NCBI GenBank assembly: GCA_043228905.1
Contig: JBHGNT010000001.1
Span: 10,478,001 to 10,542,000 of the forward strand
Direction of reading: 5' to 3'
DNA length: 64,000 nucleotides
Source of the DNA: Azolla caroliniana
Taxonomy: Eukaryota; Plantae; Polypodiophyta
The position numbers and the translations under genes were made by a program. Within the stretch, counting starts at the first letter, position 1, and every line of letters starts with the position of its first letter. A model generated the notes under the pieces. That model had not been told where the DNA came from, did not search any database, and worked only from the letters and a program-made list of their open reading frames with translations. Positions 60,044-64,000 of the stretch are shown piece by piece.

Positions 60044-60486
60044 TGATGTGCATGGGACCCATTGTGGGAAGAATCGTGACAAATTAAGGATAATCATCAC
60101 AGTAATGATGAGCAATTGATTGGAATCAATGCACTAGGAATATATTGTGAATGGTGGGCATAGAAAAGGGAGATAGAGAGGCAGAGACAGAGACAGGGAC
60201 AGGGACAGAGAGAGTGAGAGAGAAACAGAGACCTTTTTCCCTATTATTTTTACCTCTCCATTCTTCCTTCATCCCTCCACCCTCTCCCTCTCTATGCTCC
60301 CAAATTACTCTGTTTCATCTTCATCATCATCATCTTCATCATCATCTTCTTCTCTACTGCCTGCCATATGCAGCATGCTCTTCTTCCCTTTACTCTATTT
60401 CTAAGTGTTTCTTCTTCCAACCCTCACACCAACGGAAAGAGAGACGCACACTGCCCCCCCCTTTCGTTCTGATCCTGTCCCAAGTG

Positions 60487-60663
60487 ATGGCTCTTTGCCT
60501 TGAAATCCCAATTGGGTTTAAAATGGCTAATCAAATCCATCTCTGCAGCAAAGCCGCATTTACTTCTTCTTCTTCTTCTTCTTCTTCTTGTTCCAATTCA
60601 TATCTAAATCTTCATCTCCTCCTCCTTCTTGTTGGTACATTTAACAAGTCCTCCCTTCTATAA
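60487..60663 (+). other. Candidate upstream ORF (58 aa) in the HD-Zip leader
   Basis: ATG at 60487 (MALCLEIPIGFKM...) to TAA at 60663, in a CT-rich leader upstream of the main ATG. Confidence 0.35.
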
Positions 60664-60867
60664 CAGTTCTGATCCTTCAGGTGCTCTTGTTCCCTCCCTC
60701 CTTCTCCTTGTCTATAAACCCTTAATTATGTTTTATTTCCTTAATTCTGGGATCATGGGTCCTTGTGATGTGTAGATTTGTATATTGTGTGTGTGTGAGA
60801 GAGGGAGGTAGAAAGGTTGTTGTTTGCTGTACAGATTTTGTTAAGAATCTAAATTTTCACCATAGCC

Positions 60868-62981
60868 ATGGCATGGAGTTTGACCATGGACTCTGCTCAA
60901 GGACTAGTCTCTTCATTGCAAGGTGGTTATATATTATATATGGATATATACATACATATACAAGGTAGTTTTATGTGTATGGTGATCTTATGCATATGGG
61001 TGTCCTAAGTATATGGATATACGCGTGCATGTATCTGTATACAAGGTAGTGGTATGTGTATAAATAGATGTTTTAAATAGATGTGGATGTATGCATATAT
61101 TTGCATGTACAAGGTGGGGTTATCTCTATGAGTGTTTTTTATGAGTGAACAGACATATGTCCTTATACAAATGGTTTTTATGTGTATGTGTTTAGTATGT
61201 ATGGATATACACATACATGTATACATAGACAAGGTAGTTGTGATCTTGATGTATCAGCGCCTAACACACTGGCTTTATTGTCGATGATGCGGATAATTCA
61301 TATGGCTTTATCAAGATAATGATGCGGATGGATTTATAACCTTAATCCCAATGGATTTGCTGCTATGTGTGGATGGATTTATAACCTTTAAGCCCCATGG
61401 CTTTGTTGTTATGTGTAGTGATGATGTATCTATTCCACTAATCTAATAGCTTTGTTCTTTCTCATGATGATGATATTAACTTGCTTAAATTTTGTGGCAT
61501 CTCTTTGTTTTTTGGCAGGTGGATCACAAAAGCACCATAATCATGGTCGCCGCCCTCGCCCAGTCCCACTTATGGACCAAGATGACCTTGGTCTAGATCT
61601 CGATCTCGATCTCGACCTTGATTTCGATGAATTCGTTGATGAACTCTCATCATCAACCCCACCTGAGAAGAAGCGGCGCTTATCTGTCGAACAAGTAAAG
61701 TTCCTTGAGGCGAGCTTCAACACCGACATTAAACTTGAGCCTGACCGGAAGGCTCTCATTGCTTCTCAACTCGGATTGAGGCCCAGACAAGTGGCCATTT
61801 GGTTCCAGAATCGCCGTGTTCGCTGGAAGAATAAACAACTGGAGCGTGATTATGATGTTTTGAAAGAGAAATATGACACTTTAATGAAAGAGAATGTGGC
61901 AATGACTAAAGAAAAGGATACCATAGCTGCCGAAAACCAAAAATTGCAAGCAAAGGTAAGGCTCTTGTGGCATACAACATTTTTTTGTTTCAAGGAAAAA
62001 CCAGGTTCTTTGTGTAAGTATGTGGTAAGAGATGAGACCTAAACAGATTGTGATCTGTAGGATTAGGACGGGGCTGATCCTATCACATCTAGAGTGAGCT
62101 AGAGAGAAAGATGTATATTTAGCCAACATCAGGTGTATATTAACTAAACATCTGCTAGATAGAAAGAAAGACATAATATCATCAAGTCTATTAGACAAAT
62201 CCTTCATATATGAGACAACTGATGACCTGAAGGGACCAATGGAAAAAAATGTGTCAAAACTCATAGGATAAGTTGATGCTGCCCATGTGATTCTCTAAAT
62301 TGGAGGTCAACCCTACCTATGCTGATATGTTCAAGTAAACTTTACATTGATCTTTTTCAACCAGATATTTCTATGTTCCCCAATAAAGAAGTTTGAAGAG
62401 ATCTCTATTGTCCAATATGGAAGAGTTATTGTGTCTGGCACCCTCCCAAAGGCAAAAGGACCTAAGATCTAAGAGTTTGCTAGTATCGAAATAAGAGCTA
62501 AAGGCTTGCTTTGTATGTTTCCTTATTTTATTTTCAAATTTTTCTATGCTTATGGAAATTTCAAAAACATTAGGTTGCCCACTTGACAACCTTGCTCGAG
62601 ACGTCTAAGAAACATATGTCGGTCACAATAGTTGATGACCAAGGAGTTAACTTGACATCACTGCCCGATTTCGACTCAGATAGTGAGAGTGGATCCAAGG
62701 AGCTTACATCCCTTACTAAATCATCAGAAGATTTTAGCGACATAAGAGATTCGGGCCAAAGTGAATCAGCTTCACATCATGATGTCATTGTGGCGATTGT
62801 CAATCCACCCATTGAAGAGGAATTTGAACCTGAACCTATGTTCTTTGTGGAAGAATGTGCGATGTATCCGTTGTTGTTTTTTCAACATTTAAGTAATGTT
62901 GATGACCCTTTCTCAATCTCATGCTGGGAGGCAATGAACAACCACACGGGTTCATATGCAGCGGATAGTGGGGATCTCTAG
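60868..62981 (+). CDS. Homeodomain-leucine zipper class I transcription factor (3 exons, ~299 aa)
   Basis: Exons 60868-60922, 61519-61955 and 62574-62981 splice in frame; [15 protein letters not shown]...[28 protein letters not shown], a leucine zipper and an acidic/aromatic C-terminus. Confidence 0.93.
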
Positions 62982-64000
62982 AGTCTATAAGGTAGCTATA
63001 GAGTAGAGTGCAAGTAAGACCATGATAATGGCAGCCATTATAAGCTTTTTATTTTAATATGTATCTACGTATGTGCTATAATATGAAAAGTACAAATGAC
63101 AATTCTAGCTACCATGAGTCTTCGTCTTGTGATGACGGCTGGTAACCTTGCATGCAATGAAAAATGGTAAATTTGTAAAGTGTGGATTCTAGGCTATATA
63201 TAGTTTTTGTCAACCAACAATCATGAGCATCACACTAAGGAAGTGCTTTTTGAGCTCTTGTTATTACCATGTAATTCAATCTTGTGATGTAGCATTACTT
63301 GGAGGTATATCCTGCATATGTATGCTGTTATTTGGTGTGTTCTATATATTTATATATATAAATATATAACTTACATAAAAATGTAATTACAATTTACGAT
63401 TTATTTTGCTCCAATAATGAGCTCTTGTACATTTTCTAGAGGTTTTTGAACGTGTTATTCCCATAATGTCTGAGTCAGTATTATTCGAGTCAATTATCCA
63501 GAAGGTGCTCTATGCTTAAACTATTATAAATTTATTAGCATGATGAAGTCTGCTAATTGTTGACTTTTTTGGGAATTTAATTCCTGCAAATCGGTGGAGA
63601 ATAAGAGATGATTCTTGCCATCTTGTTGTAACAACTATTCCCTAATTCTGTACAAGTATTTTCAACCTATTACACTTGCAAATCCACGTGGCCCACGTGC
63701 AAATCCATTTTTCATATTCTTTTCTTGATGCGCTGCATTGTGCTCATTCTTAGTGATCCTTTACAAGTTATTATGAACATCCAACACGACTCAATTAATT
63801 CGAGTCTATAGTGGTAAAGGTCAAATGAGCTCAACCAATCCTTGGATTATCGTATAATAACAATCCCTGTGATGCCCGTGATGATAACCTTGGCTTGCTC
63901 ATTTCGTTTGGTGTAGGGATGGCTTTAAAGCATAGGGACAAGTGATAGGCATGGCATGGTAGAAACTTTTGGCTTGAGTAGACAAAGAAAGAAAAGGTTT

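Noticed and set aside
60151-60663. 170-aa ORF as a gene
   Set aside because: It has a non-ATG start in the track and is microsatellite-derived low complexity; only the ATG-initiated 3' part is kept as a uORF candidate.
63845-63960. Box C-like GTGATGA suggesting a snoRNA
   Set aside because: No box D (CTGA) or terminal stem occurs at a suitable distance.

Overview
This is land-plant nuclear DNA, probably from a seed-free plant such as a fern (inference). Positions ~1-42 kb are a nested transposon cluster and ~43-64 kb are gene-bearing. I resolved the nest from LTR pairs, PBS/PPT motifs and target-site duplications (TSDs). Non-chromoviral Gypsy C (2155-30914, +, TSD CCGG) carries a solo LTR in its 5' LTR (2486-3727) and two Copia insertions. 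The first is Tork/Tnt1-like Copia D (5306-21077, TSD AAGCG): its 3' LTR holds Copia E (10568-20947, -, TSD GTTTT), whose 5' LTR holds Copia F (15402-20734, -, TSD TGACT, LTRs apparently identical). The second is Copia G (21766-27484, -). To the right lie a 5'-truncated Gypsy A (to 34993) and a pol-less element B (34998-40079, -). A and B are separated only by ACGT and appear to occupy the same site in the arm of a fold-back MITE. Next come a LINE relic split by an hAT MITE, a PPR pseudogene, a 693-aa single-exon membrane-anchored protein, a nodulin-like MFS transporter and an HD-Zip I gene. The strongest leads are a tRNA-Trp-primed Gypsy group whose 4-bp TSDs all centre on CG, a tRNA-derived Pol III-type module inside one LTR family, a non-autonomous partner with hairpin repeats, and repeated Copia insertion into related LTRs. 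All coordinates were read by eye and no database searches were run.
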